From: an uncultured Coxiellaceae bacterium | Lineage (GTDB): Bacteria; Pseudomonadota; Gammaproteobacteria; DSM-16500 | Length of the DNA stretch: 64,000 nt | Direction of reading: 5' to 3' | Assembly (NCBI GenBank): GCA_964648015.1 | Contig: CAZYKO010000004.1 | Coordinates: forward strand, 101,208 to 165,207 | Part shown: piece after piece, positions 9,493-19,321 of the stretch | How the letters are laid out: each line of letters starts with the position of its first letter | How positions within the stretch are numbered: position 1 is the stretch's first letter | Notes under the pieces: generated by a model | Told to the model about the DNA's origin: nothing | What the model saw: only the letters and a program-made list of their open reading frames with translations | Database searches by the model: none | Program-made: the position numbers and the translations under genes

Positions 9493-10841
9493 GTATGCAC
9501 TTCGCTATCAAGCTAGGGATCGCTTGTGTGTGCACGTTGAGTTTGGGTTTGCCTGGATATGCCTGGGAAGGTCACGGTCTGATCACCTATCTCGCGTTGC
9601 GATCTCGGCCAGCATTACAACAACCAATCATCCCAGCAGAACCATTGGCGGTATTTTTGCAGGCGACGCGTCAACCATTAAGTCAACTCTTGGCTGAGAA
9701 TGAAAAGTGGTCGCAAACCCATATTCCCTATTATCCACCGCTACCAACGACGCTTGCTTTTAATCGGACACAGGTAGGCGTGCCACTCGGGCGTCAATTT
9801 GTCGAGAGCTTACGCATCAATCCAACGATGCATTTCCCGTTATTTGTGAGCTATATGCCGCAACAGCCTCATCGCATACACGGGCACCCGATGACCAAAG
9901 CTAACATCTTGGTGCCGTCGTTGCTGAGTAATCCCACCTTGCGTATCCCGGATCCTCCTTTAGAGGGTGTGCAATTCGGTCAAGTCTTAACGCCACTTGA
10001 AATCTTAGTCTCAGCAGCCGATGAGCCAGATTTTGGGATGGATACACAACTTTGGGAAGATAATCCTTCTACATTTGGCCAACGCTACGGGTGGGGGCTG
10101 CAACCCTTTGGCAATAACCAAAGTGTGCTCATGTCACAGGTACCGTTTCATATTGGCTATTATCATGAAGCGCGTGTGTTGTATTGGTTGGCGCCGTATT
10201 TACAATACACCTACCCTGAGTATCGTATTCATCTCTTCCTCGCACTGTCACGATTTGCTTTTGACAAAGGTCACCCCTATTGGGGCTATCGTTTTTTAGG
10301 TTGGGCATTACATTATGTGCAGGATTTAGCGCAACCCTATCACGCTTCGTTGTTGCCTAACTATCCGTTACAGCAAACGTTATGGCTTTGGGCTTGGCAT
10401 GCTATTTGGCCTAATCACCAAGCGAAAGATGTGATTCAGTTGATCAGTAACAAACACGCCGCCTTAGAAAATTATCACTATATGATGATGCGCCATAGCC
10501 TCATGAGTGGGTCACCACAGGCGATGGTGAGTGCACTGGCTGCCTCGCCATTAGATAGCGTCTATCCACCCTATTCGGATGCTTATCCACGTGAAGTTAT
10601 CACGGCAAATGCGTATCGTGAGGCAGCGACATTAGATGAGTTGCTCGCACGTAGTTTCCCGATGCGCTATGTAGCAGATCCGAATTATCCCTTTTACCTG
10701 CAGTCACCGACCATTGATTTATTCGCGGTCACTGAAGCCTATCCCAATCCGGCACTGTTACACTTCAAAGCGAAATTGGCGCAACTCATGTCAGCTGTCG
10801 GCGCACATACCCGACACGTGGTGGATATGGTTATTCGTTGA
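9489..10841 (+). CDS. Secreted S1/P1-nuclease / zinc phospholipase C superfamily-like protein
   Basis: A signal peptide ends ...GYA|WEGHG (Trp-x-x-His, as at the mature N-terminus of S1/P1 nucleases). The internal HYVQDLAQPYHAS matches the H..D..QP.H metal-binding motif. The probable start is the ATG at 9495. Confidence 0.45.
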   Translation: MSMHFAIKLGIACVCTLSLGLPGYAWEGHGLITYLALRSRPALQQPIIPAEPLAVFLQATRQPLSQLLAENEKWSQTHIPYYPPLPTTLAFNRTQVGVPLGRQFVESLRINPTMHFPLFVSYMPQQPHRIHGHPMTKANILVPSLLSNPTLRIPDPPLEGVQFGQVLTPLEILVSAADEPDFGMDTQLWEDNPSTFGQRYGWGLQPFGNNQSVLMSQVPFHIGYYHEARVLYWLAPYLQYTYPEYRIHLFLALSRFAFDKGHPYWGYRFLGWALHYVQDLAQPYHASLLPNYPLQQTLWLWAWHAIWPNHQAKDVIQLISNKHAALENYHYMMMRHSLMSGSPQAMVSALAASPLDSVYPPYSDAYPREVITANAYREAATLDELLARSFPMRYVADPNYPFYLQSPTIDLFAVTEAYPNPALLHFKAKLAQLMSAVGAHTRHVVDMVIR

Positions 10842-10846
10842 CAGCC

Positions 10847-12784
10847 CTAAATTTCAGCTAAATTGCCTTTTAGTTCTAACCATTGCTTGCGGTCTTGTGA
10901 GCGTTTTTTAGCGAGGAGCATGTCGAAAATTTCCTCGGTATGCGGATCTTGGGCTTTGATGGTCAACTGCATCAGGCGCCGTGTGTTAGGATCCATCGTG
11001 GTTTCGCGCAATTGCATGGGGTTCATTTCACCCAAGCCTTTAAAGCGAATAACGTTGATCTTGGGTTGACGTTCTTTGTTTTCGGCGCTAATGCGATCCA
11101 ATACGCCTTGTTTCTCTGCTTCATCAAGTGCATAAAAAGTATTCTTGCCCACATCGATTCTAAACAAAGGTGGCATCGCGATATACACATGTCCTGCTTC
11201 TACCAAGGGACGAAAATGCTTGACGAAGAGTGCGCATAATAGGGTGGCAATATGATTGCCATCAGAATCGGCATCCGCCAAGATGCATACTTTACCGTAG
11301 CGTAATCCTTCCAAATTGCTGGAGCCTGGGTCCACACCAATCGCGACGGAAATGTCATGAATTTCCTGTGAAGATAAAATGGCGCTAGAATCTACTTCCC
11401 ATGTATTCAATATTTTGCCGCGCAAGGGCATGACAGCTTGGAATTCACGGTTACGTGCTTGTTTTGCCGATCCGCCTGCCGAGTCACCTTCAACTAAAAA
11501 CAATTCACTGCGTTTTAAATCTTGCTGCGTACAATCGATCAGTTTGCCAGGCAATGCGGGTCCTGAGGTGACTTTTTTACGTGCCACTGCTTGCGACGCT
11601 TTTAAGCGTTTTTGGGCATTACTGATTGCGAGATTCGCAAGTACTTCACCCATTGCCACATGCTGATTGAGCCATAAGCTGAAAGCATCTTTCACGACGC
11701 CAGAGACAAATGCGGCGCACTCCCGCGAGGATAAGCGCTCTTTAGTCTGACCAGAGAATTGTGGATCGTGTAACTTCACGGAAATGATATAAGCACATTG
11801 ATCCCAGATGTCATCCGGTGCGAGCTTGATGCCACGCGGCAACAAGCCACGGAATTCACAAAAATCACGTAGGGCATCGGCTAAGCCTTGTCTGAAGCCA
11901 TTCACATGCGTGCCGCCTTGTGCCGTTGGCACGAGGTTGACATAGCTTTCAGCTAAGCTGTGGCCACCCTCAGTGAGCCATGTGACGGCCCAATCGACGG
12001 TTTCACGTTCACTGGCAAAAGCGCCTTGGAAGGGTTCTTCTGGCACATGCTCTGCGTTGCCAATCGCCTCTTCAAGATAGTGGCTGAGACCATGTTGATA
12101 GTACCATTCTTCGTGATCTTGCGTGTGTTCATCCACATAGGTGACGTGCAAGCCAGGGCAGAGTACTGCTTTGGCACGCAATGCATGTTTTAACTGCTTG
12201 ACTGCAAAACGCGGTGAATCGAAATATTTTTCGTCAGGCCAAAAATGGACGGTGGTGCCTGTTTCGCCACGATTCGCTTTACCAATGACTTTTAGTTCTG
12301 ATGCTTTGTTTCCATGCGCAAAGCGCATTTGGTGGATTTGACCATCACGCTTGATGGTCACCTCTAGCTTTTTAGACAGCGCGTTGACGACAGAGATGCC
12401 GACGCCATGCAAACCACCGGAGAAGCGGTACTGTTTGTTTGAGAATTTGGCGCCACTATGCAAGCGCGTTAGAATCAGTTCCACGCCGGTGACTTTTTCA
12501 CCACGATGTTTATCGACGGGCATCCCGCGGCCATCGTCCACGACGGCTAAAGAACCATCTTTGTAGACAGTGACGGCAATACGACGCGCAAATCCTTCGA
12601 GGGCTTCGTCCACGCTATTATCAATGACTTCGTGGGCTAAATGGTTAGGATTGACCGTATCGGTGTACATGCCAGGGCGGCGACGTACGGGTTCAAGACC
12701 ACTCAATACCTCAATAGCTTCAGAGGTGTAAGCGGGTTTGGATGTTCTTTTCTTTATTTTGTCAGCCATAATTGTTTTAACCAT
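10847..12784 (-). CDS. parE: DNA topoisomerase IV subunit B
   Basis: It carries IEVLSGLEPVRRRPGMYT, the GHKL ATPase, Toprim (EGDSAGG) and PLRGKILN motifs. The start is either 12784 or the ATG at 12769. Confidence 0.93.
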   Translation of the reverse strand: MVKTIMADKIKKRTSKPAYTSEAIEVLSGLEPVRRRPGMYTDTVNPNHLAHEVIDNSVDEALEGFARRIAVTVYKDGSLAVVDDGRGMPVDKHRGEKVTGVELILTRLHSGAKFSNKQYRFSGGLHGVGISVVNALSKKLEVTIKRDGQIHQMRFAHGNKASELKVIGKANRGETGTTVHFWPDEKYFDSPRFAVKQLKHALRAKAVLCPGLHVTYVDEHTQDHEEWYYQHGLSHYLEEAIGNAEHVPEEPFQGAFASERETVDWAVTWLTEGGHSLAESYVNLVPTAQGGTHVNGFRQGLADALRDFCEFRGLLPRGIKLAPDDIWDQCAYIISVKLHDPQFSGQTKERLSSRECAAFVSGVVKDAFSLWLNQHVAMGEVLANLAISNAQKRLKASQAVARKKVTSGPALPGKLIDCTQQDLKRSELFLVEGDSAGGSAKQARNREFQAVMPLRGKILNTWEVDSSAILSSQEIHDISVAIGVDPGSSNLEGLRYGKVCILADADSDGNHIATLLCALFVKHFRPLVEAGHVYIAMPPLFRIDVGKNTFYALDEAEKQGVLDRISAENKERQPKINVIRFKGLGEMNPMQLRETTMDPNTRRLMQLTIKAQDPHTEEIFDMLLAKKRSQDRKQWLELKGNLAEI

Positions 12785-13377
12785 TCACGATTGAGTTGTA
12801 GCCACTGTAATGATGTAATTGCTGGAGATGTTTTAATTTTGCCCTCTTGTAGCATCTTAAATGCTGCATCGGTGGAGACGGTAAAGGCTCGAATGTCTTC
12901 CTGTTCATCCGCTAATCCAAAGATGCCGCCTGCCTCTGTGGCATCCACCCGGCCACAAAATAGGGTGATCATCTCATTGGAACCGCCAGGGCTGACAAAA
13001 TACTCGTATATTGGGTAAAGATCCAGCACTTCTAAGCCGGCTTCTTCCTGGCTCTCTCGTCTTGCCACGTTGGCTGGTTTCTCATCACCATCAATGACCC
13101 CAGCGACAATTTCAATGAGCCAAGGGCTGCTAGGATTAGCAAGCGCGCCGGCTCTAAATTGCTCAATTAGGATGACTTTGTCAAGTCTTGGGTCATATAG
13201 AAGGATGCCTATCGCCGATTTGCGTTCTAACACTTCACGTGTCGTAATATCGCTCATACCACCTTCAAAGAGACGATATTTTAGGTGATAGCGGGCCAAA
13301 CGAAAAACGCCTTGGTAAGGCACTTCACGTTTGACGATTTCATAATCATCTTGAGTAAACGGTGGGTAAAAGGTCAT
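12754..13377 (-). CDS. nudF: ADP-ribose pyrophosphatase (Nudix)
   Basis: It aligns end to end, from memory, with E. coli NudF, including the Nudix box (GVIDGDEKPANVARRESQEEAGL) and the C-terminal LQWLQL. Confidence 0.85.
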   Translation of the reverse strand: MTFYPPFTQDDYEIVKREVPYQGVFRLARYHLKYRLFEGGMSDITTREVLERKSAIGILLYDPRLDKVILIEQFRAGALANPSSPWLIEIVAGVIDGDEKPANVARRESQEEAGLEVLDLYPIYEYFVSPGGSNEMITLFCGRVDATEAGGIFGLADEQEDIRAFTVSTDAAFKMLQEGKIKTSPAITSLQWLQLNREWLKQLWLTK

Positions 13378-13635
13378 CTATTTACGTCGCTTGGGCTTCA
13401 GAATGTTTTCCAATGCTTTGATGTGTTTTTCTAGTTCATCTAATTTTTTACGGGTTCGTCCGAGCACTTTGCTTTGGGTGTCGAATTCTTCACGGGTCAC
13501 AATGTCTAATTTATGAAACGTCTTGGTAAGAATGTGATGGCAGTTTTTTTCAAAATCTTTTTTGAGTGTGCTGAATTGCGCTGGCAATGCTTCGCTCAAC
13601 TGTGCCGCCAACTCTTTCAGTAGATTCGTTTTCAT
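13378..13635 (-). CDS. ubiK: UbiK/YqiC-family accessory factor (BMFP)
   Basis: The segment DIVTREEFDTQSKVLGRTRKKLDELEKHIKALE matches the YqiC coiled-coil region. I chose the internal ATG at 13635 (MKTNLL) rather than the ORF-track start at 13722. Confidence 0.7.
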   Translation of the reverse strand: MKTNLLKELAAQLSEALPAQFSTLKKDFEKNCHHILTKTFHKLDIVTREEFDTQSKVLGRTRKKLDELEKHIKALENILKPKRRK

Positions 13636-13796
13636 CGATGATACCTTTTTTGTGAGTGTCAATTCCTTCATGGGTACAAAAACCCTGGCCTTAGACATGT
13701 GTCCCTTAAGGCTAGTACGCATTATAACGCCCAGGATCAGGCATTGCGAGTACGAAGCGTCAGCAGTGTCCGCTGACGAAACATGTGATGCATGAG

Positions 13797-16103
13797 TTAA
13801 GTGCGGGGGCGTTTCTTTTTACTCACATTGGATTTTTCATCTTGCGCTTGTAAGCGACGTATTTCTTCTGAGGAAGTGTCGAAAGAAATGGTGGGTAAGA
13901 TGTAATCCAACCATTTAGGAATATACCAATTCCATTTACCTAATAACATCATGGTAGAGGGGACGAGAATAGTACGTATCAGAAAAGCATCGATGAAGGC
14001 GGCCACAGCAAAGCCTAAGCCGAGGGCTTTCACCAATATGACACCGGCTGACATGAAAGAAAAGCTTAGGAAAATCACGATGATGGCGGCACTGGTAATG
14101 ATGCGACTACTGTGATCGATGCCATAAATAATACTTTTTTCATTATCCCCTGTTTGTTCATAATATTCTTTGATGCGCGTGAGAAGAAATACTTCATAAT
14201 CCATGGAGATACCGAATAAGGTACAAAAGATGATAATCACTAGGTTGATATCGATGATGCCTTGGGCGTTGAAAGCTAAAATCTGGTGCAACCAGCCATT
14301 TTGAATGACCAAGACGAGCACGCCATAGCACGCGCATAAACTGAGCGAGGTCATGATGATAGCTTTAAGTGGCAGAATGATTGAGCGTAATAAAATCAGT
14401 AAAATGAGATAGGTGAAGCCCATCACCCAAAGCAACGCATAAGGAAAGATATCATAAATGCGATTCAAGACATCATAGGTTTTGACAGCACCACCAGTGA
14501 CTTGATGTGTGAGTGAATCGGGTGGGCTCGTTTGGCGAATACTGTTAATGAGTGCTTTAGTGGTTGGAGAGTAATCAGAATCATTGCTAATGATAGTGAT
14601 GGTGGTTAAATTTTTGTGGGTCGTCAATGCCAATAATCGTTTCATATCAGCGGACATGTTGCTTGAGTGACTATAAACCATTTTGTATTCTTTTTTGGTG
14701 AGTGAGGGTTCAGTCGTCACAATGCTAGTTATCTGATTGACGCGTGGATCGCGTTTTAATTTGCGGGTGTAATCGTATAAATAAGAAATATTCATGGGTT
14801 TTAAAAAACTACCATGGGGTGATCGCAACAGAATAATGATAGGTGTCAACCCGCCTTCGCCAAATTCTGAAGTGAATAATTCATAGACTTGGCGACTGTT
14901 AGATGTTTTAGGCAGAATGCGAAAATCAGAAATACCCATCTTGATATCTTTGACAGGGTAGGCCAAAAACATCAGTAAGCATAAGATGCCAATAAAATAA
15001 AAGATTGGATGACGCACAACATGTTCAGCAACGTGACGCCACAGACTACGTCGGTGTGCGGTGCTTGGTTTGCGGAATCCCACACGCAAGAAATTGATAT
15101 GAGATTTGAGTATGGATAAGATGGCGGGCAACAAGACGATAGCAACGAGTACGGCAACTGCGACAGCAACCAAACCACCTGTGCCTACTGAGTACAGAAT
15201 GTTGATGGGAAATAATAATAGCGCGCTTAAACTGGCAAACACCGCTAAGCCACTAAAAAAGATGGCTTTGCCTGCTGTCGTTTCAGTAATAGCGATATTT
15301 TCTTTTATGTCATCGCTTATATTTAATTCATCCCTAAAGCGACTAATAATGAAGAGTGCATAATCAATGCTAAGGCAGACGCCTAATAATAAGGCGATGT
15401 TTAACGTAAAGACCGACAGTGAAATCTGTAGGCCGATAAAATAAAGAATGACCATAATCCCGAAGGCGCTTACACCGGCTAATATGACGGGTAAAACTGC
15501 AGCGACCACGGAACCGAAGACGAACAATAATGTGATGATGGCTACGGGTGTCGCGATAAATTCGGCACGATATAAATCTAATTGCGTTTGTTTCTTAGTG
15601 TCTTCTAAAAAGATTTTTTCACCACCAATCAGCATCGTCATATTGGCAGGTTTTTTGATCAATGATCTTAATTCCGCGACGATCTGATCGCTGATTTCAC
15701 CGCTATCTTTGAACACAATGGTTGCATAGGCCGCATGTTTATCTTTGGAAACTTGCTTTTTGTTTTGATCGGGGTACAGGATTTCATGTTTTAGAGATAA
15801 TTTTTTGAGATTTGCCAATGATTTTTTGATATCGGCAAAAAATTTCGGATTGGTGGTGCGCATACTGTGACTTTTGTAAATCACGATGTAACGGTTGGCG
15901 TTATAGCCTATTTCGTTATTCAAGACTTGGTTGGCTTGGGCGCTCTCTGAGCTAGGATCGTTGAAGCCCATGGATGTGAAGGGATCGGTGAGTTTGGAGC
16001 CAAGCGGCGCAGCGCTCGCTATTAAGGCGATCCATATCAGGACGATTACCCAACGAATCTTGTATATTAATCTACCTAAATGGTAAAAAAGGTCATAATT
16101 CAT
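13797..16103 (-). CDS. MMPL/RND-superfamily membrane transporter
   Basis: The 768-aa protein has two blocks of ~6 TM helices, each preceded by a large soluble loop, which is typical MMPL architecture. Confidence 0.8.
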   Translation of the reverse strand: MNYDLFYHLGRLIYKIRWVIVLIWIALIASAAPLGSKLTDPFTSMGFNDPSSESAQANQVLNNEIGYNANRYIVIYKSHSMRTTNPKFFADIKKSLANLKKLSLKHEILYPDQNKKQVSKDKHAAYATIVFKDSGEISDQIVAELRSLIKKPANMTMLIGGEKIFLEDTKKQTQLDLYRAEFIATPVAIITLLFVFGSVVAAVLPVILAGVSAFGIMVILYFIGLQISLSVFTLNIALLLGVCLSIDYALFIISRFRDELNISDDIKENIAITETTAGKAIFFSGLAVFASLSALLLFPINILYSVGTGGLVAVAVAVLVAIVLLPAILSILKSHINFLRVGFRKPSTAHRRSLWRHVAEHVVRHPIFYFIGILCLLMFLAYPVKDIKMGISDFRILPKTSNSRQVYELFTSEFGEGGLTPIIILLRSPHGSFLKPMNISYLYDYTRKLKRDPRVNQITSIVTTEPSLTKKEYKMVYSHSSNMSADMKRLLALTTHKNLTTITIISNDSDYSPTTKALINSIRQTSPPDSLTHQVTGGAVKTYDVLNRIYDIFPYALLWVMGFTYLILLILLRSIILPLKAIIMTSLSLCACYGVLVLVIQNGWLHQILAFNAQGIIDINLVIIIFCTLFGISMDYEVFLLTRIKEYYEQTGDNEKSIIYGIDHSSRIITSAAIIVIFLSFSFMSAGVILVKALGLGFAVAAFIDAFLIRTILVPSTMMLLGKWNWYIPKWLDYILPTISFDTSSEEIRRLQAQDEKSNVSKKKRPRT

Positions 16104-16251
16104 CCTGATGACAGCTCCCGAAGCTTCATGCTTCTCGATGACTTACACACCATTTTACCACTGAAGTATGGCGAGGTTGCTTTTTTTTGCCCCACCTCAC
16201 CCGGGCCCATACTGACATCGTGTCACCGATGGTTGCCCAGGTCTCTATTTG

Positions 16252-16668
16252 CTAGACGATAATTTCCATGTGTTTGTTGACGTTATACTCATCTAATGCT
16301 GTCACCATATAACCGGCATCTTCTTGTGAATATAGACACATGGTGTTATCCCCTGCCGGGACGCGGTAGGGTTCTTTCAAGATGACAGTGTGAGCAAAAT
16401 AGAGAGTGCCCTGAGCGAGCGCTTCGGCTTCACTGGTGGCTTCAGGCAGTGTTGCGCTTAACATGACGCGCCATTTACGATCTTGGTATTGAAATTCCTC
16501 AGACGCTAAGCCCCAGATTTCTGGGGTGTCATGATAATCGTGGGTGGCTTCGACAAATTTTGCGTGCGCAACCAAGGCGACGGGAGGGCAATCCATCGGC
16601 GAAGCAAAACTAGTACAAGTCACTAAGAGCGCACCGAGAGTGGCTAAGGATTGGCGAATATTGGACAT
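16252..16668 (-). CDS. Small secreted protein, paralog A (unknown function)
   Basis: It has a signal peptide followed by a DCPP motif, and is ~40% identical by eye to the ORF at 16912-17331. Confidence 0.6.
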   Translation of the reverse strand: MSNIRQSLATLGALLVTCTSFASPMDCPPVALVAHAKFVEATHDYHDTPEIWGLASEEFQYQDRKWRVMLSATLPEATSEAEALAQGTLYFAHTVILKEPYRVPAGDNTMCLYSQEDAGYMVTALDEYNVNKHMEIIV

Positions 16669-16911
16669 ACTTCTCTCCTAACGTACGCGATAGATAGTAG
16701 GCATCGTGTCTCCGTCGCATTGTGCGACGGCTTAAATCACATGATAGCAGTTGAGCTTAGTTAAGCAATATCACGAGTGAGCGCAATACCTTGACTTCGT
16801 TATCGCGAGCGAGCTCTCTGTACCCAACACCCTTGAAGGCGTCCTCGATGCGGCACGCAGTGCCGTCTCGAGGTGCGCCATCTCGAAAGGTTTCATATCG
16901 CTTTTAACGTT

Positions 16912-17331
16912 TTAATGAAAATAATGTGGGCCAAGTTGTTGAGCGAGTCCAGGTTGGGAGAATGCGCCAACGAAATAACCGGCTTGATCTTTCACGTACA
17001 TACACATGGTGTAGCCGCCCTCGAAAATTTTTCTTGGTTCGGTAAGCGTTGCTTGGGTTTGGAAAAAAGTCTGGCCCTGTGTGATCGCTTCTGTACTGTT
17101 GATAGCATCAGGCAAGATCACACCGACACTCACTGTCCAATGACGTTGTTGAAATTCAAATTCCTGGGAAGTGAGGCCCCATAAATGCGGATGTCCGGCG
17201 GATTCCTTGGCATCAACAAAGGTAGTGTTGGCAATCAGCGTGGTGGGTGGGCAATCAACATTGGCAGCAAAGCTATGGCTAGAGATTAATACGGCTGCGG
17301 TAAAGAGTAGTGTGCGTGGGAATGCTATCAT
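16912..17331 (-). CDS. Small secreted protein, paralog B (unknown function)
   Basis: It has a signal peptide and shares blocks with paralog A: DCPP..L.A...FV.A, WGL.S.EF..Q.R.W.V, LP.A..S.EA..QG, EP, TMC.Y...AGY. Confidence 0.6.
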   Translation of the reverse strand: MIAFPRTLLFTAAVLISSHSFAANVDCPPTTLIANTTFVDAKESAGHPHLWGLTSQEFEFQQRHWTVSVGVILPDAINSTEAITQGQTFFQTQATLTEPRKIFEGGYTMCMYVKDQAGYFVGAFSQPGLAQQLGPHYFH

Positions 17332-17549
17332 GCTAGGGTTCCTTTTGCTTAGGCTTCAAAATCAATCCAAGATCATGCGTCGCCTAAATTAGCAAATGTA
17401 CATTAACAACACAAGGGTAATGCTTGACGCTGAGGGTTGCATTCATAATGATCATCGCCTCATTTGAGTCGCGCAACGGTCATTTACCTGAGGACACGAG
17501 GCTGGAATAATGAGCATATTTATCGATAAGGTCTTAAGAGTATCAGTTT

Positions 17550-18473
17550 ATGAGTAAACGCAACTTAGTCATTGCTACCCGTGAAAGTCCGCTTGCCTTA
17601 AAACAAACGGCATTGATTCAAGCGAGTTTAGAAGGCGCTTACCCCGACCTATCGACGTCACTATTGGGTATCACGACAAAAGCCGATCAAATGCTCGAGG
17701 TCACGCTCGATAAAATTGGTGATAAGGGGCTGTTTGTCAAAGAATTAGAGGAAGCCTTGTTAGCTGGTCGCGCGGATATGGCGGTACATTCGATGAAAGA
17801 TGTGCCGATGGTATTGCCACCGGGGCTGGTGATACCAGTCATGCGCTCGCGTGAAGAGGCGCGAGATGCTTTTGTGTCCAATCGCTATGCCACATTGGCC
17901 GACTGTCCCCCTGGGGCAGTCATTGGCACCTCAAGCATCCGTCGCCAATCGCAATTGCGTGCTCTGCGACCTGATCTTGACTATCGCTCATTACGCGGTA
18001 ACGTCAATACACGATTGGCCAAGCTCGATGCTGGTGATTACGATGCAATCGTTTTGGCCGCCGCTGGTTTGCAACGCATGCAGATGAGCGCACGCATTAC
18101 CCAAATGTTACCTATAGATCACATGTTACCCACTGCGGGACAAGGGGCGTTGGGCATCGAATGTCGCGCGGAAGATCACGCGTTACACCATTTACTTGCT
18201 GTGTTGGATGATCCATCGACACAAGCTTGTGTGACCGCGGAACGTGCCATGTGTCGCACAATTGGCGGGGGGTGTAGCGTACCCATTGCTGCTTATGCGG
18301 TGCTGGATGAAGTAGGGTTAACTTTACGCGGTTTAGTTGCCAATCCTACGGGTGCACGTATTATTCGTGCGCAGGCATCAGGTGATCCTCGGGATGCTGT
18401 GCTGATTGGCGAGCAGGTGGCAGCATCACTCTTGGCACAAGGTGCCCAATCTTTGTTAGATGAATGCCGATGA
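17550..18473 (+). CDS. hemC: Hydroxymethylbilane synthase (porphobilinogen deaminase)
   Basis: It shows IATRESPLALKQT, GDKGLFVKELE, AVHSMKDVP and GNVNTRL motifs. Confidence 0.95.
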   Translation: MSKRNLVIATRESPLALKQTALIQASLEGAYPDLSTSLLGITTKADQMLEVTLDKIGDKGLFVKELEEALLAGRADMAVHSMKDVPMVLPPGLVIPVMRSREEARDAFVSNRYATLADCPPGAVIGTSSIRRQSQLRALRPDLDYRSLRGNVNTRLAKLDAGDYDAIVLAAAGLQRMQMSARITQMLPIDHMLPTAGQGALGIECRAEDHALHHLLAVLDDPSTQACVTAERAMCRTIGGGCSVPIAAYAVLDEVGLTLRGLVANPTGARIIRAQASGDPRDAVLIGEQVAASLLAQGAQSLLDECR

Positions 18474-19237
18474 CAACTTTAGCAGATAAAACGATTTTAG
18501 TGACGCGTCCTGGCGCGCGCGGCGCTCAACTATGTGCACAATTACAAATCGCCGGGGCGCACACGATCCACTTGCCTACCATCGATTTCGCGCCACCAGC
18601 TGACGAACAAACCTACCAGCAAGCGTTACAACAAGTGGGTGAACAAGATTGGTTGATATTCATCAGCCCGCAAGCCGTGATTGCAAGTATCGTCCCCATC
18701 CGTCGCCAATGGCCAAGCTTACCCCCATCACTGCAATTTGCAGCGGTGGGGGCAGGGACAGTGCAAGCCCTTCAAGCTGCTGGGATCGGTGAGGTGCTCC
18801 ATCCAAGTACACAATGGTCGAGTGAGGGGTTGTTGGCGTTACCAGTCTTTCAGCAACTCAGGGCGAAAAAAATCATGCTGGTCCGCGGTGAAGGTGGACG
18901 TGCATTGTTGGCAGAAACACTGACAGCTCGTGGTGCCGTTGTGACACATTGTATTGCGTACAAACGTATCGTGCCGACCATCGATATCGCAGCCTATGCT
19001 TTTTTGTTTGATCCTGGCGCATTGCATGCGATTGTTTGTGCTTCTTACGATAGCGTGGCGCATTTAAAAATACTATGTACACCCAAGTATTGGTCTGCAT
19101 TGCGACACATACCACTCGTCGTGGTGAGTGAACGCATACAAATGCTGGCGCAGCAGTTAGGTTTTCAAACCATATGGGTGGCAGCCAACGCCAGTCATGA
19201 CGCCATCATTGCGACACTTAAAACACGCATTGCATAG
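18464..19237 (+). CDS. hemD: Uroporphyrinogen-III synthase
   Basis: It overlaps the hemC stop by 10 nt. It has HemD size and a TRP...L N-terminus, and sits in hemCDXY order. Confidence 0.85.
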   Translation: MPMTTLADKTILVTRPGARGAQLCAQLQIAGAHTIHLPTIDFAPPADEQTYQQALQQVGEQDWLIFISPQAVIASIVPIRRQWPSLPPSLQFAAVGAGTVQALQAAGIGEVLHPSTQWSSEGLLALPVFQQLRAKKIMLVRGEGGRALLAETLTARGAVVTHCIAYKRIVPTIDIAAYAFLFDPGALHAIVCASYDSVAHLKILCTPKYWSALRHIPLVVVSERIQMLAQQLGFQTIWVAANASHDAIIATLKTRIA

Positions 19238-19321
19238 CAAATCATTAGCCATATGCGCTAGACTATTCGCCAATTTGCTTTCCGTGTGATTGTCACCATC
19301 TTGATACAAATGAGGAACAAC

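Noticed and set aside
13636-13722. Upstream extension of the ubiK ORF (start at 13722)
   Set aside because: YqiC/UbiK homology starts at MKTNLL (ATG 13635). The extension would add a basic, non-conserved leader.
17424-17451. Sigma70 promoter upstream of hemC (TTGACG ... CATAAT/TAATGA)
   Set aside because: The spacing between the -35-like and the best -10-like hexamer is 14 nt, or 16 nt to a poor hexamer. This is not convincing enough to annotate.
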